From contig NW_027362773.1 in assembly GCF_046119375.1 (NCBI RefSeq), positions 4,402,001-4,466,000 of the forward strand: DNA of 64,000 bases, given 5' to 3'. Shown here piece by piece: positions 45,556 to 58,690 of this stretch. The stretch's first letter is position 1. Each line of letters opens with the position of its first letter. Below the pieces are notes generated by a model. The model made no database searches. It saw nothing but the letters and a program-made list of their open reading frames with translations, and was not told where the DNA came from. The DNA comes from Phyllobates terribilis. Taxonomy: Eukaryota. Made by a program: the position numbers and the translations under genes.

Positions 45556-47139
45556 CAGTAAAAAAGCAGCCACAGAGTGTCCAGTAACCTTCCCACACAC
45601 TTTTTTTAGTCAGGGCTGCTTCTAGGCAGGGTTGGACGGACCCATCAGAGAACCGGAGAATCCTCCGCTGGGCCCTGGCTTCTCCTTCAGGAGAGTTCAT
45701 AGTTCAGAGGTGAGGTCATGATGATGATTGAGGCTACCATCTGCTTAGTTTTCTGTTACTTGGAATGCAACCGCAAGTATGCAGCCAAAAACCACCCGCC
45801 CACAGGCTACAATCCTAAACTGCCACATTTCTGGACGGCTTGCACTTGAAATGTTGCCCTTTAGGCTCATGGAGACGGAAGCTTTCCACAACTTCATGGC
45901 GGAGGCGGCCGGGTGTCCATACTCAGTCCCCAGCCGCCACTATTTCTCCCGGTATCGTCTGCGCCTTCCACAAGAGCGAGTCCCACAACATTACCCGTGC
46001 CCTCCCCAGTGCACTTAAGTGGGAAGGACTGCCTAACCACAAACACATGGACAAGTGAATGTGGCCAGGGACGGTTCATCTCACTGACGCATTCCACTAG
46101 GTTAATATTGTGGAAGCCGGGACCCAATGGGACCCTGGGACAGAACACTTCCTCCCGACGCAGAGGATTGCGGGCCCTGGTAAATCAGGGTTACCCCTAC
46201 ATTCTATAGCTCCTGCACCACCTCCTACTCTTCAGCCTCCATCTCCATCACTTGATTCATTTTTTCAAGACATATTCCAGATTATTTACTTAAACTTCGT
46301 GTGTGGCAATAACAATAAGCAGGACTGTATGCTTAGGCGACAAACCGCACACCGTTGCAGAGTTGTTGAAAGCTGTATCAGAGAACCTGGTGTCAGCTCT
46401 GAAGCTAGGTAAGCTCGCACATGTACAATGCCTGGCCTATGTGCTCAACTTAGTGGTTCTGCAGTTTCTCAAAATTTACACAGATCGACCAGATCTGCTT
46501 GTGAAAGTACGCCGCATGTGTGCCCATTTCAGAAAGTCAGCTACAGCTTCTGCCGCCCTGGCAGGGCTTCAGCAGCGTTTGCAGCTTCCAGCTCACTGAC
46601 TGGTGTGCGATGTGACTACGCATTGGAAATCAACATTGCAGATGTTTGGAATGATTTTAAGCAGCAGAGAGCAGTTGTTGACTACCAGCTTCAACACATC
46701 CATCGGCATTCAAGTCAGCCTCCATACGTAAGAGCTAATGAGTGGGCATGGATATCTGACATCTGTGCCCTCATCCAAAAGTTTGAGGACTCCACCAAGA
46801 TGGTGAGCGGCGATGACGCCATAATTAGTGTCACCATCCTGCTTCTCTGTCTACTGAAACGCTTGCTGCTCACAATTAAAGAGGAGACATTGCAAGCGGA
46901 GCAAGGAACTGTACAGCCCAGCCTCATCTCAGCGTGGATTGGGTGATAATGAGGAGGATGAGGAAGAGAACATAGACAGTCGTACTCTTGGTGAGAACAG
47001 GGAAGTCTTGGCTGTTGGCAGTCTGGCACACAAGGCCGACTTTATGTGACTTTATGTTCCCCTACCTTTACCGTGACTATCGCGTTGTACGCATTTTGGG
47101 CATTACAGAAAACTGGCATTGCACGAGAGAATTCTTGGA

Positions 47140-47690
47140 GACGAAGGTGTGAGGTTCTGATTAAGGAGGATGTCTGTCTTAGATCAGTTGCAGAACGGAG
47201 GGCACAGGAGGGGTGATACACAGAAATGAGGGAAGAGATATAGACCAGTGCAGAACTGTGGACAGCTTGGTGGGTGAGAGAGATGAGTTTGTATTGTATT
47301 CTGTAGTGATTGTTTAACCTAACTCATGCAATGACTGGAACAACGTACTGGCGTCGGTGAAGCGGCTTGATAGAAATACGACCCTGGCTTCTGCATTCAG
47401 AAGGGATTGCAGAGGAGACAGTTTGTTTAGAGGGAGACCAATTAAAAGAGAGTTGCACTAGTGAATAAGAGTGACAGTAAGAGTTTTTGCAGTATCAAAG
47501 GGGAGAAAAGGTCGACTTCTGGAGAAGTTTTTAAGGTGCAGGTGATATGAGCGAGTGAATGATATTCCAAGTTAAATAAAGGAAAGTTGTGTGTCAAATA
47601 TGACTCCAAGATAGCAGGCTTGCCGAGTGGGAGTTATGGCGGCAGCCAATAGAGAAAGCAGAAAAATCCAGCTCACAGATGAAGTCCAAA
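47140..47690 (-). mobile_element. L2 LINE internal fragment
   Basis: Purine-rich reverse-strand L2-like RT sequence interrupting the hAT; judged by eye, boundaries approximate. Confidence 0.45.
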
Positions 47691-47697
47691 AATGTGC

Positions 47698-48550
47698 TGT
47701 TACGGATCCGGGTGGTGGAACCTCTGTGCTGCAGTGCAAGGAGGGACCAGAGGGGCGTAACTAGGTATCAACTCGGATTGACCAAGGTAGCACGGCGGCT
47801 CAATCGACTCCGTGAACCAGGGAAGGACCGAGCAGAGGGACCAGGTGCTACTCTGCACCAGTCCTTGTATGAGAGCAGGTGACTCCCATGGGTCAGAAGG
47901 CAGGGACTGACCGGTATAGAGATGAGCATGGCAGGCAGGCTGATGGGTGATCCGGGAAGACGGACTGGCAGACACCACGGGTAGCTGGCAGGAGCCTCCA
48001 GGTAGGCTGGTAGGCACGGCAGGTGACTGGTACGTTCTCCAGGTAGGCAGGCAAGCCTGGCCCATAGACAGACTGGCGGGTTAGGACCGTAGGCAGACCG
48101 TCGGACTGGAGAGTGTACTTGGCAGGCGGCCACAGGTAGACAGGCTGGCGGACTGGACTGGTAGTGAGGCTGGCGGACTGGACTGGTAGTCAGGCTGGCA
48201 GACTGGACTGGTAGTCAGGCTGGCGGACTGGACTAGTAGTCAGGCTAGCAGTGGGACCTGAGGGCTGAAGCAGAGTTTATAACACAGAGCTACAACCTTG
48301 CACGAGCACCTCCATTTTGGAGGAGGTGCCCTTTATATGAGAGGTCCTCTGGCCATTGGCCGGGGACTCCTTAGGACGGTGCGCGCGGCCCCTTTAAGAG
48401 GGAGGGAGCGCGCGCGTCCTAAGCACAGTGCTCAGGAAGCTGCAGTTGCCGGCAGCAGCAGCAGGAGGGCCGGAGAACGCCGGGCCTGGAGCGCGGCGGT
48501 AAAGGGGATGGCGTCTCTGCCTGTCATGGGGCAGAGACGCCGATGCTACA
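47698..48550 (-). mobile_element. Solo LTR (853 bp) with internal ~25 bp tandem repeats
   Basis: TGTTAC..GCTACA termini; 5 bp flanks TGTGC/AGTGC; GGCGGACTGGACTGGTAGTCAGGCT repeats at ~48135-48250. Confidence 0.65.
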
Positions 48551-49719
48551 AGTGCATTTTATTTTCCATGGTACATGAAGAAAAGATTAAAATTGTGTGT
48601 TCACAAAAAAGAGAATACAGGCAAGCACTGTTTGTCAAGAACTTTTTGGGATGTTGCACCCTGCCCAGGTGCTATCCGTGCTCCAGAAGTGTGGAACTGC
48701 AGGTGGTGATCTGGATTTACTTCTGTGACTTATGGTGGCACAGCCTAAAGGAAATTGCAAAGTCAGGTATAGGTAGGTTAGTAGAGGGAGGAAAACGAAG
48801 GAGTTCATTTTGGAAGGTACTAAGATCAGGCTCTTATTGAAGAACTATAACAAAAAAAATTCCCATCTGACAATGCTGGCGGCAGAGGTCACAATCAGAC
48901 AGTTCATTGGACAACCAAGGAGTACAAGCGAGGAAGACACAAACCAGATGCGGCACAAGCAGGAGAACGCTGTCAAAGGTCTGGGACTGTTTTCTCAGAC
49001 CCTCCCAGCACCTAGGCCCTGATACACGGGGTACTCTGACAAGGAGGGAAAAGTTTTGGAAGATGCAAGCTGGACACGTGGCATAAACTGTCTTTCTACG
49101 CCTTGGAAGTCCTGGCCACTAGCGTTTTGTCAGAGATAGTTTTTAGTGCCGCCGGGGGCATTATAACTGAAAAAAAAAACTGAACGCATCCGCCTGTCAA
49201 GTGAAAATGTTGTCAGGCTGACTCTTATAAAAATGAACAAAGGCTGAATTGGGCCAGACTTCTCAACACCACCAGATGATAGCATCAAACATAAACTCAA
49301 ATCCAGTGGTTATTTTTTGGGGCGTCTATTCCCATGCACCCCTTCACACCCAGACATGGGTATACCCTTCAGGAATTGTTCTATTTTATGTCGCCCTCCT
49401 CCTTCTCCTCATCCTCCACCACCATATCACCAGGGAGACCACGATGCAACACCCTCATAATTTTTTTAAGGGTGTTTCTGATTAGAGAAAAGCAAATATT
49501 TCAATATTCGTTTCGGATTACAATCGCCGTTTTTGCAATATTCGCCAATGTAATTATCGAATATTCGCCGAACATTGCCAAACAAAATTGGATTCAAAGG
49601 GTGCCAAAACCAAAAGTATGCATAACACCTTCAAAAGGGACCAAAAGCTGTCAAAACACATCAATTTAGGGGCAGTCACCAGGAAAGTGTCATCAATTGA
49701 CCCAGACTACAAGTAGTAT

Positions 49720-50240
49720 AATTATTACTATTCATTATTATAGCACCATTTATTCCATTGCGCTTTACACATGAAAAGAAGTCACTGACTGGTACAAGAG
49801 CAGAGAGGACCCTGCCCGTGAGGGCGCAGAAACAGTCTATAAGGGATGGGTGAGGATACAGTAGGTGAGAGTACAGCTGGTCGTGCAGTGGTATGGTAGA
49901 GCGAGGGTTACTGCAGTTTGTAGGCTTGTCGGAAGAGGTGGGTCTTCAGCTTTCTTTTAAAGGTTTTAACAATAGGCGAGAGTCTGATATGTTGGGGTAC
50001 ACAGTTTAAGCGTAGAAGGGATGCACAGGAAAAATCTTTTATGCGATTGAGGGAAGAGGAGAGAAGACGGGAGTAGAGAAGGAGAACTTGTGAGGATCGG
50101 AGGTTGCGTGCTGGTATGTACTGGGAGACTAGGTCACAGATATATGGAGCAGACAGGTTGTGAATGGCTTTGTATGTCATGGTTACGGTTTTGAACTGAA
50201 GTCTCTGGCCAATTGGGAGCCAGTGAAGGGATCATAGATT
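49720..50240 (-). mobile_element. L2 LINE 3' fragment
   Basis: ORF 49908-50180 (YKAIHNLSAPYICDLVS..FKRKLKTHLFRQAY); same family as 36376-37140. Confidence 0.75.
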
Positions 50241-50782
50241 GCAATCTTATAGATTGCTGGAGCCAGTCCACAGTAAAAAAGCAGCCATAGAGTGTCCAGG
50301 AACCTTCCCACACACTTTTATTAGCCAGGGCTGCATCTCGGCAGAGTTGGACGGGCCCACCAGAGAACCAGAGACTCCTCCGGTTGGGTGTGGCTTCTCC
50401 ATCAGGAAAGTTCATGATAGCGCAAACTTTGCAGCTGCTATGGGGCTCTTGAGCGGGGGAGAAAGGTGAGCCCTCAGAATCAAATCCTCTGGTGGGCCCA
50501 ATGTTTTTCAGTCTGAAACTGCTTTTCAGTGGGAGTTATATTTCACCACAGCCATATTTTTTAGCTTGGTCAAAGGACTGGCATAGAGGGAAAAACGTAT
50601 CTACTCCGGCTGTCATTTCTCCATCACCAGGTTCCGCCCATTGTCACACATGACCATGCCTGGCTGTATGTTCAGCGGTGAGAGCCACAGATCAGGCTGC
50701 TGTGTTACAGCCAGGGCCAGCTCCAGGTTTTCGTGGGCCCCTTTAACACATACACGATTCATGATGCACAGATACGATGGTG

Positions 50783-53700
50783 AAAGATGTAGTTACTTAC
50801 CGGTAACAGGATTTCTCAGAGCCCATGACGGCACCACGGAGAGAGGGGATCGACCCTTCAAGGACAGGAAACCTACAGATAAAAAGGGCGGTACTTCTCT
50901 CCTGCATCAGTTGTTTACAGAGCACGAGGGGACCTCCAGCTTAATAACAGAATATTGAACATTATTATGATGCTCATCAGGAACACCATGTGACTATGTA
51001 TGAATAACAAAAAAATAAGTGTGCACACCAACGCGTGAAGGGAGGGAATGTACGGGTGCCGTCATGGGCTCTGAGAAATCCCGTTACCGGTAAGTAACTA
51101 CGTCTTTCTCTTTGCCCCATGACGGCACCGCAGAGAGAATTACAGAGAAATGTAACATTTGGGAGGGACCACTGCTTCCAGAACCCTTCTACCATAAGTA
51201 AAGTCTGAAGAAGAGGCTAGGTCCAGCCGATAATGATTAACCCCTTTACAGCCTGGGACGTATTAGTACACACCAGGCTGTAACCCCCGGTTCAGTGAGG
51301 GCTCCGGCGCTGAGCCCGCACTGAACCAAGGCACATGTCAGTTGATTCTTACAGCTGACATGTGCCCGCAACAGCCGCGGGTGGAATCGCGATCCACCCG
51401 CGGCTGTTAACATGTTAAATGCCGCTGTCAATCTCTGACAGTGGCATTTAACATCGCCACACCGGAAGCACGGCATTAGCCCCGCCCATCGGTGACCCCG
51501 TCACATGATCACGGGTCACCGATGGGTGGTCATAACAACCATGGGTCAGCCGCAGACCCCAGCGGTTGTCATGTAAAGATCGCTATGAGCGCCACCTAGT
51601 GGTCGGCGCTCATAGCACAGATCCATTTCTGCTACATAAAGGTGATCAGCTCATCACTTCTATGTAGCAGAGGCAATCATACAAGTGCTGCTTCTAATAT
51701 CCTATGGAGACTATAGAAGTATGCAAAAAGTGTAGAAAAAATGTTTTTAGAAATATTAAAAAAATATAAAAGTTTAAATCACCCCCCTTTCGCCCCATTC
51801 AAAATAAAATAATAAAAAAAAAAACACATACACATATTTGGTATCGCCACGTTCAGAATCGCCCGATCTATCAATATAAAAAAAATAATAATCCGATCGG
51901 TAAACGGCGTAACGAGAAAAAATTCTAAACGCCAGAATTACGTTTTTTGGTCGCCGCAACATTGCAATAACGGGCGATCAAAACATTGGATCTACCCCAA
52001 AATGGTATCAATAAAAACTTCAGCTCGGCGCGCAAAAAATAAGCACTCACCCGGCCCCAGATCCCAAAAAATGGAGACACTACGGGTCTCGGAAAATGGC
52101 GCCATTTTTTTTTTAGCAAACTTTGGAATTTTTTTTCACCACTTAAATAAAAAAGAACCTATACATGTTTGGTGTCTACAAACTCGTAATGACCTGGAGA
52201 ATAATAATGGCAGGTCAGTTTTATCATTCAGTGAATGTGGTAAAAAAAAAATAAAAAAAAACATCTGTGGTATTTCACTTTTTTGCAATTTCACGGCACT
52301 TTTTTTCCCGTTTTCCCATACACTATATGGTAAAACCAGTAATGTCGTTCAAAAGTACAACTCGTCCCGCAAAAAATAAGCCCTCACACGGCCATATTGA
52401 CTAAAATATAAAAACGCTATGGCTCTGGGAACAAGGGGAGCAAAAAACGAAAATTCAAAAACGGAAAATCCCAGGGTTGCGAAGGGGTTAAAGAATCTAG
52501 AGGGAGATGACCATGTAGCAGCTCTACATATCTGTTCTATCGAAGCCCCAGCTCTTTCCGCCAAGGAGGCTGCCACTGCTCTTGTCTAGTGAGCTTTTAG
52601 ATTCTCCGGGGTGGCTTCCCCACGTGCTGAGTATGACAGGGTGATGGCATCTCTTATCCATCGCGCCAACGTGCCTTTAGAAGTTTCCGCCCCTTTCAAG
52701 GTCCCTGAAAGCACACAAAGAGAGCCCTGTCCTTCCTACACTCCTGCATGAACGCTAGGTACTGAATTAGGCACCTTCTGACATCTAGTGTATGTAAGTC
52801 CCTTTGTCCCTTGTTTTTAGGGTTGAGGCAAAAGGGAGGGTGATCTCCTGAGATCTATGAAAACGTGACGCCACTTTTGGTAGGAAGGCTGGATCTGTTT
52901 TAAGGACAACTCTATCCTCAAGATTTGTGTGAATGGAGGGTCTGCAGATAATGCCTGGATATCACTAACTCTGCGTGCTGACGTGAGAGCTACTAGTAGT
53001 GATGTTTTAAGGGACAGGGTTCTTAGAGATGCGTCAGCCAAGGGCTTGAAGGGTGGTTTGGTTAGAGCTGTGAGGACTAAGTTTAGATCCCAAGGAGGCG
53101 TGATCCGAGAAGGGATAGGTCTAGCCGATGCCCTAACGAACCTAGATATCCCTCTATTCCTAGCAAGGTCTGCTGCGATCTGAAATTTCAGGGTACTCGT
53201 GGCTAGGCCCTTTTCCAACCCCTTCTGCAGAAATTCTAAAATGGCTGACAGTGGAACCCCTCCATCCAGTAGCATAGCTAACGGGGAAGGGCAGAGGGGG
53301 GGGTCGCCCCGGGCCCCGCACTCTGAGGGGGCCCACCCGGAGCTACACTATTGTAACCATGTCCCCCCAGAAGGGTCTATCAAGATGACCTTTGCTCTGT
53401 CCTCCCTGATCTTTTTCAGAACTGCTGGAATCAGAGCAATCAGAGGGAAAGCATAGCCTTGAGGAAAATTCCATGGAATCGTGAAGGCGTCCAACGCTAC
53501 GGGGTTCCCTTTAGGGTCTATTGAGCAGAACTGCTCCACTTTCATGTTCCCACTGTTGGCGAAGAGGTCTATGGTAGGACGTCCCCACATCTCTATGATC
53601 TGACTGAACACTGATTCTTTCAGTTCCCACTCGCCATGTCTCAGCTGGGTTCTGCTCAGGTAGTCTGCCCTGCAAATTTCTAACCCCCTTATGTGTAGGG

Positions 53701-56700
53701 TCAATAGGGACTTCAGATTGCTTTCATCTAACTGAAAGATAGACTCTGTCACTAACATCAGAGGACGGGACCGGGTACCCCCCTGGTGGTTCAGGTATGC
53801 TACTAAAACCCAGTTGTCTGAGAACACCCTTACGTGGTGACGCCGCAAAGTGTCCAGGAATTCCAAAAGGGCGAATTCCACTGCTAGCAGTTCCTTCATG
53901 TTTGAGGATGCTGAACTCAGATCCTTTGTCCAAACTCCCTGTGCTACCTGGTCGTTCAAGTGAGCCCTCCAGCCTCTGGGGCTTACATATGTGGTCAGGA
54001 TCTGATGGACTGAAATCACCCACGGAATACCCCGGGTCAAATTGTCCATCCTCATCCACAATTCTAGAGAAGACGTAGTTTTTGCTGACAAGGTTAGCTG
54101 ACTTTCTAAATGCCCTTTTAGAGAGCGTTCGTCTCCTAGAATCTCCCACTGCAACTGTCTGGTATGTATCTGAGCCCATTGAACGGCCATAAAATAGGCG
54201 GTCAAGGAACCTAGGAGGGACATAGCTTTTCATAGAGACATCGACGGGTCACCCTTTACCCGAGAAGCCTGGGCTATGATCGTTTGCATCTTTCCAGCCG
54301 GAAGGCGAGACATTCTTGATTTTTTGAATCTAGTATGATGCCTAAATATTCCTGTACTTGATTTGGCTCGGTTCTGGATTTTTTAGATTTAAAAGCCAAC
54401 CTAGGCTGATCAAGGAATCCATGACCCTCACTAGTTGGTCCTTGAAATTCTGGAAAGAACTGCCTGCTATCAGAAAATCATCCAGGTACGGGACAATCAG
54501 TACATTTTGTACCAATTATTTTGGTAAATATCCTTGGAGCTATGGCTAGGCTGAATGGGAGAGACGTATACTGGTAGTGCTTGACTACCTCCTTTATAAA
54601 TATTGCTACCCTGAGGAACTTCTGATAATCCTTGTGGATCGTGACTTGGTAGTAAGCGTCCTTTATGTCCAGAACAGTCATGAAACAGTCCTGAAACAGT
54701 ATTTTTACTGACGTCTTTATTGGCTCCATTTTGAAGGTTTGAACCTTCAACAGCTTGTTCAATTTCTTTAGATTTACAATTGTTCTGTAAGTCCCATCCA
54801 GTTTTCTCCTCAGGAACAGAGGGGAGTAGAATCCTTTGCCTTTTTCCAGGGCAGGGACTTCTTGAAGGACTGCTTTCTCTATCAGACCTAGAACCTCCTG
54901 CTCTAAGGCTAGCTGCTCTTCGTTTGAGGAGTCACTATGAAATTTGGACGGGGAAGTGAGTGGAATTGGAATTTCAGCCCTGATTTTATTATGTTTTGGA
55001 TATGCCTTCCCAGGTGGGGAGAAACAAGGATAGCCTTCCCCCCACCCGGGGAAAACCTTCATTGGGCGGGCTTCCTATTATCATCGAGGGGGTCTGCTGA
55101 ACAGGTACCTTTTGGCCTTCCTCCTTTTATCCTCCCACTTATCCTGGTCCCTAGGGGGTTTCCTTAGGATATATTTCTTACTTCGAAAAGATTTCCTATA
55201 GGAATTGTTGGACAGAATAGGGAAGCGTTTTTTATTATCCCCAGCTTTGTCTAGGATATCGTCCATAGTAGGACTGAACAAAAATTGTTCCTCACAGGGA
55301 ATGGAGCATAACTTTGACTTTGTTTGGAGATCTCCCGGCCAACACTTAAGCCAGATGGCCCACCGGGCTGCATTAGAAAAACTTGCTGCCCTGGCTGCTA
55401 ACCTGACCAAGTCAGCGGAAGCCTCTGCCAAGAAGGCAGCGGCTCCTTTCATTAAAGAGATGGAGTCTAAAATATTATCCCTAGAAGTTTTTTCCCTTAG
55501 TTGTGTCTCTAATTGATCCAAGCAGACCATCAGAGACCTAGCTGTACAAGTGGCTGCTACTGCAGAATTTAAACCCCCCCCCCCCCAAGCGGCTTCCCAT
55601 GAACTTTTCGGGAAGGTGTCTGCTTTTTTGTCCATAGGATCTTTCAACACACCCATATCCTCAAAGGGGAGTGAACATTTTTTGGAGGCCTATAGCCACA
55701 TCCAATTTTGGTGCTTTTCCCCTAAAGGAACATACCGGGTCATCAAATGGGTATTTTCTCTTCAGCAATAAAAGGCCTTTTCTTTCTGGTCTTTTCCACT
55801 CCTTTTCAATTAAAGAGTGGACTTTATCATTAAGGGGAAAAGATCTCCTCCTTTTTTGTTCTAGTCCCCCAAACATTATATCCTGGACAGATCTTTTAGG
55901 ATGAAGGTCTACCTGCTCCATAGTTGCCCTCATGAGACCATCTGTTTCCTCTATGGGAAAGCAGCTACGCCCGCTTCTATCTTTGGATGAGGATGACGAA
56001 GAACTGGACAGATCTGAATCCTCATCATTGTCCTCAGAACTACTGGATCCAGAGTCCGGGGACACATATTTGGGTTTCTTCTGTTTTTTTTCCCCCTCCC
56101 TGGAGGGACCTAACGGTATCTTCTACCTGTGACTTTTTAATGGATCTTAATTCTGAAGCAAATTTTGGGGTCTCTTCACATATGATTTGCTCTATACAAG
56201 AGCTACAGAGTCTTTTTTCCCACGTAGTGGGTAACTCTTCTGTGCAAAGCGCACAGGTCCTGTGTTTAGTCTTGCCCGCACTTTTTCTTCCCTAATGAGA
56301 GAAGAGAAAAAAAGGGGACCCAATTATAAGGTGAACTTTCACGAAGATCACTCACCATCCTGACAAAAGTAGAGGTACTGGGTTAGGAGGAGGAACCGCT
56401 TTGGTGGATGGGTTCTCTCTCGGGTTTGATGCCGCGCTGATGTCCTTGCTGTGCTGGGACGATCTACCGCTCCCGCGGTTACCACACTCGTGATGACGGG
56501 AAGGGTCTTCCTGACATCCTGTTTCTATATCCTGCTTCTTCCTTTGCTGCTGCTGCAACTGAGGCTGCGGTGGTGGTGGTGGTGATGACTGGGGATCCAG
56601 AATCTTCACTTCCTGGTGCTCCTGGTCACTCATGACTGATGGGGAGACTGCCAGAGCACTATCAGAAGTGCTTTGTCTGTGCTCTCTGGTCACCTTTATG

Positions 56701-57325
56701 TGTGGTGCTCCCCTTCCCTCATCTGCAGCATTTCCACCGCACACATTTTGTTTCTCTATATGGGGCAATGGTGCCCAGCGAGTTCCCTCCCCTGATCCCG
56801 ACGTACCGGAAGGGGTAGTGCGCATGCGCCGATTGGCCCAGCCAGACATTGCGGCGCGCTGCATCACAGGGAGCGCCACGTCATGGGGCCACGTCATAAG
56901 GCCACGCCCGCGCTTGCGCACTGGAACCTGGAAGTTTCTGCATGCGTTCTTACCGGCGCAACCGTGACTTTCAGCGGGGTGGGACGTGAAAATCCAGTGG
57001 GAAGCTGCATCCTTATGATTTGTCTTCTACTGCCTCTCCCCCGCACACTGTAAAAGCCCCAGCGGTGGCGTTTCAGGACACCGCGCCAGCCGAGGCAGGG
57101 AACCCCCGCTGCTGGAATCAGATTGGCCGGGCCTGGCATCCAACGATGAATTCTTCTGGCACTCATGCCTATTTCTTCTTAAAGGTACGCCGACCATAGG
57201 ATCCCAGTCAAGGACAGAAAACCAACTGATGTGTGAGAGAGGCACCGCCCTTTTTATCTGTAGGTTTCCTGTGCTTGAAGGGCGGATCCCCTCTCTCCGT
57301 GGTGCCGTCATGGGGGAAGGAGAAA
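50783..57325 (-). mobile_element. Full-length but decayed DIRS1-type retrotransposon (DIRS copy 2, different family)
   Basis: ITRs ~50822-50912 / 57224-57313; ICR 51054-51133 with TTT junction (51105-07); AAA at both ends; gag pieces 55081-56921, RT 54478-55062 plus YLDDFLI at ~54470-54490, RH/MTase-like 53348-54223, YR 52349-53275. Confidence 0.92.
51241..52487. mobile_element. piggyBac-type non-autonomous element inserted in the DIRS YR gene
   Basis: TTAA TSD (51237-40, 52488-91); termini CCCCTT..AAGGGG; no ORF. Confidence 0.9.
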
Positions 57326-58690
57326 TATAGGTATACAACACAGGGTCCAGCCTGTCCCTTCATCCTTCACATATGCAGACATGCATGCACACACACAGTA
57401 CGCAGACATGCACACAGTACGCAGACATGCAAGTACACAAAGCATGCAGACATGCACGTACACAGTATGCAGACATGTGCACGCATGCAGACACATTCAC
57501 ACATGCACATGGTACGCAGATATGCGCACAAACAATACATGTACACGCATACACAGATCCGTAAACATACAGACATACTTACATATTTGAACACAAATTA
57601 TTAAAAACACATGGAAAACAGACATAATTATATATACACAGTCATACACACTGACATACACAAACATTTACATCATACATGCACACACACAGACACACAC
57701 ATTAGAAATATACTGTATTTAATATGGGGATTGGGGAAGCTGGCAACAAGCCTCACTGACCTGCCCCCGGTCCTGTCTCCTGTCCAGCTACTCTGCCATG
57801 TGGTTGTGCAGGGCCGCCAGCGTGTCACTGACATGGAGCCCTGGACCATCAGAGGGTCCCACTTGCCGTCGGGGCCCGGGATGCTCCCCCTCATCTGTGC
57901 AGGGCCGCCGGCGGGTCACAGACATGGGGCCCTGGACCATCAGGGGGGCCTGCTCGCCGTTGGGGCTCTAGCCGCTCCCCCAGCATCTGTGCAGGACCTC
58001 CGGCGGTGTTTGATTGCCGGCACTTCAGACATGGCAGCACGCAGTGCGACTCTGTCTGGTAGTAATGACGCGACAGGGGTGACAAACAAGCACAATTAAA
58101 GGCGCCGTGTCATCCCTGCCGTGTCATTACTACCAGACACAGACGCACAGCACACTATCATGTCTGAAGTGCCGGCAATCAAGCAGCGCTGGCGGTCCTG
58201 GCTGTGCAGATACTGGGGAAGCAGCCCAGGCCCCGACAGCGAGGGGGCCCCTCTGATGGTCCAGGCTCTCGGCACTTGCCCGGGTACGCCGGGTGCTGAC
58301 ACCGGCCCTGTATGCATCCTTCGCCATGCCGCTTTGAGATCACCGGATGAAGTTTTTTTTCTCCTTGGAGGATCCATTCAGCTTCAAAGCCAATCAGTAT
58401 CCCAAAAAAAAACACAAAAAATGGATGAAGTCGATTTGTGTGTAAGACTTTGTAATCTTCCAAAGAAGAAAAAGAAAATATGAGAAAAAACGTGGGGATT
58501 GTAACCATGACTTTTGAGATTGCCAGCCCCCTTATCAACATGGACATTCAACGATAGCCCATTATACTGTGTATTACCTCTATATATACACAGCATAAGT
58601 AAGTCCTTCTTCTGGCCCTTTTAAATTATGGAGTAAATTTATCCTTCTAATCTGTGTTAGCCCAAATATTATTGTACAATCACTGGTTTA

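Larger units (their letters stand above)
35373..49560 (+). mobile_element. Decayed BED-finger hAT transposon (copy 2), host to L2, DIRS, SINE and LTR insertions
   Basis: Terminus TAGTGATGAGCGAGCAC at 35373 with ~530 bp matching 2212-2745; N-terminus 36047-36370, BED finger 37691-38002 (VWFFFKD..AICNIC..MLRHMTAKH), catalytic pieces 46300-46950, C-terminal remnants ~48870-49560. Right boundary approximate. Confidence 0.8.
50712..58310. mobile_element. Second, inverted member of the 712-1535 hAT MITE family, split by DIRS copy 2
   Basis: 50712-50785 joined to 57326-57365 matches the reverse complement of ~1390-1535; CA-rich tract 57370-57700; internal palindrome centred ~58095; ends CCGGCCCTG. 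No TSD found. Confidence 0.7.

Noticed and set aside
50704-58318. TSD for the second hAT MITE copy
   Set aside because: The 8 bp flanks GTTACAGC and TATGCATC do not match, so a clean single insertion cannot be claimed.
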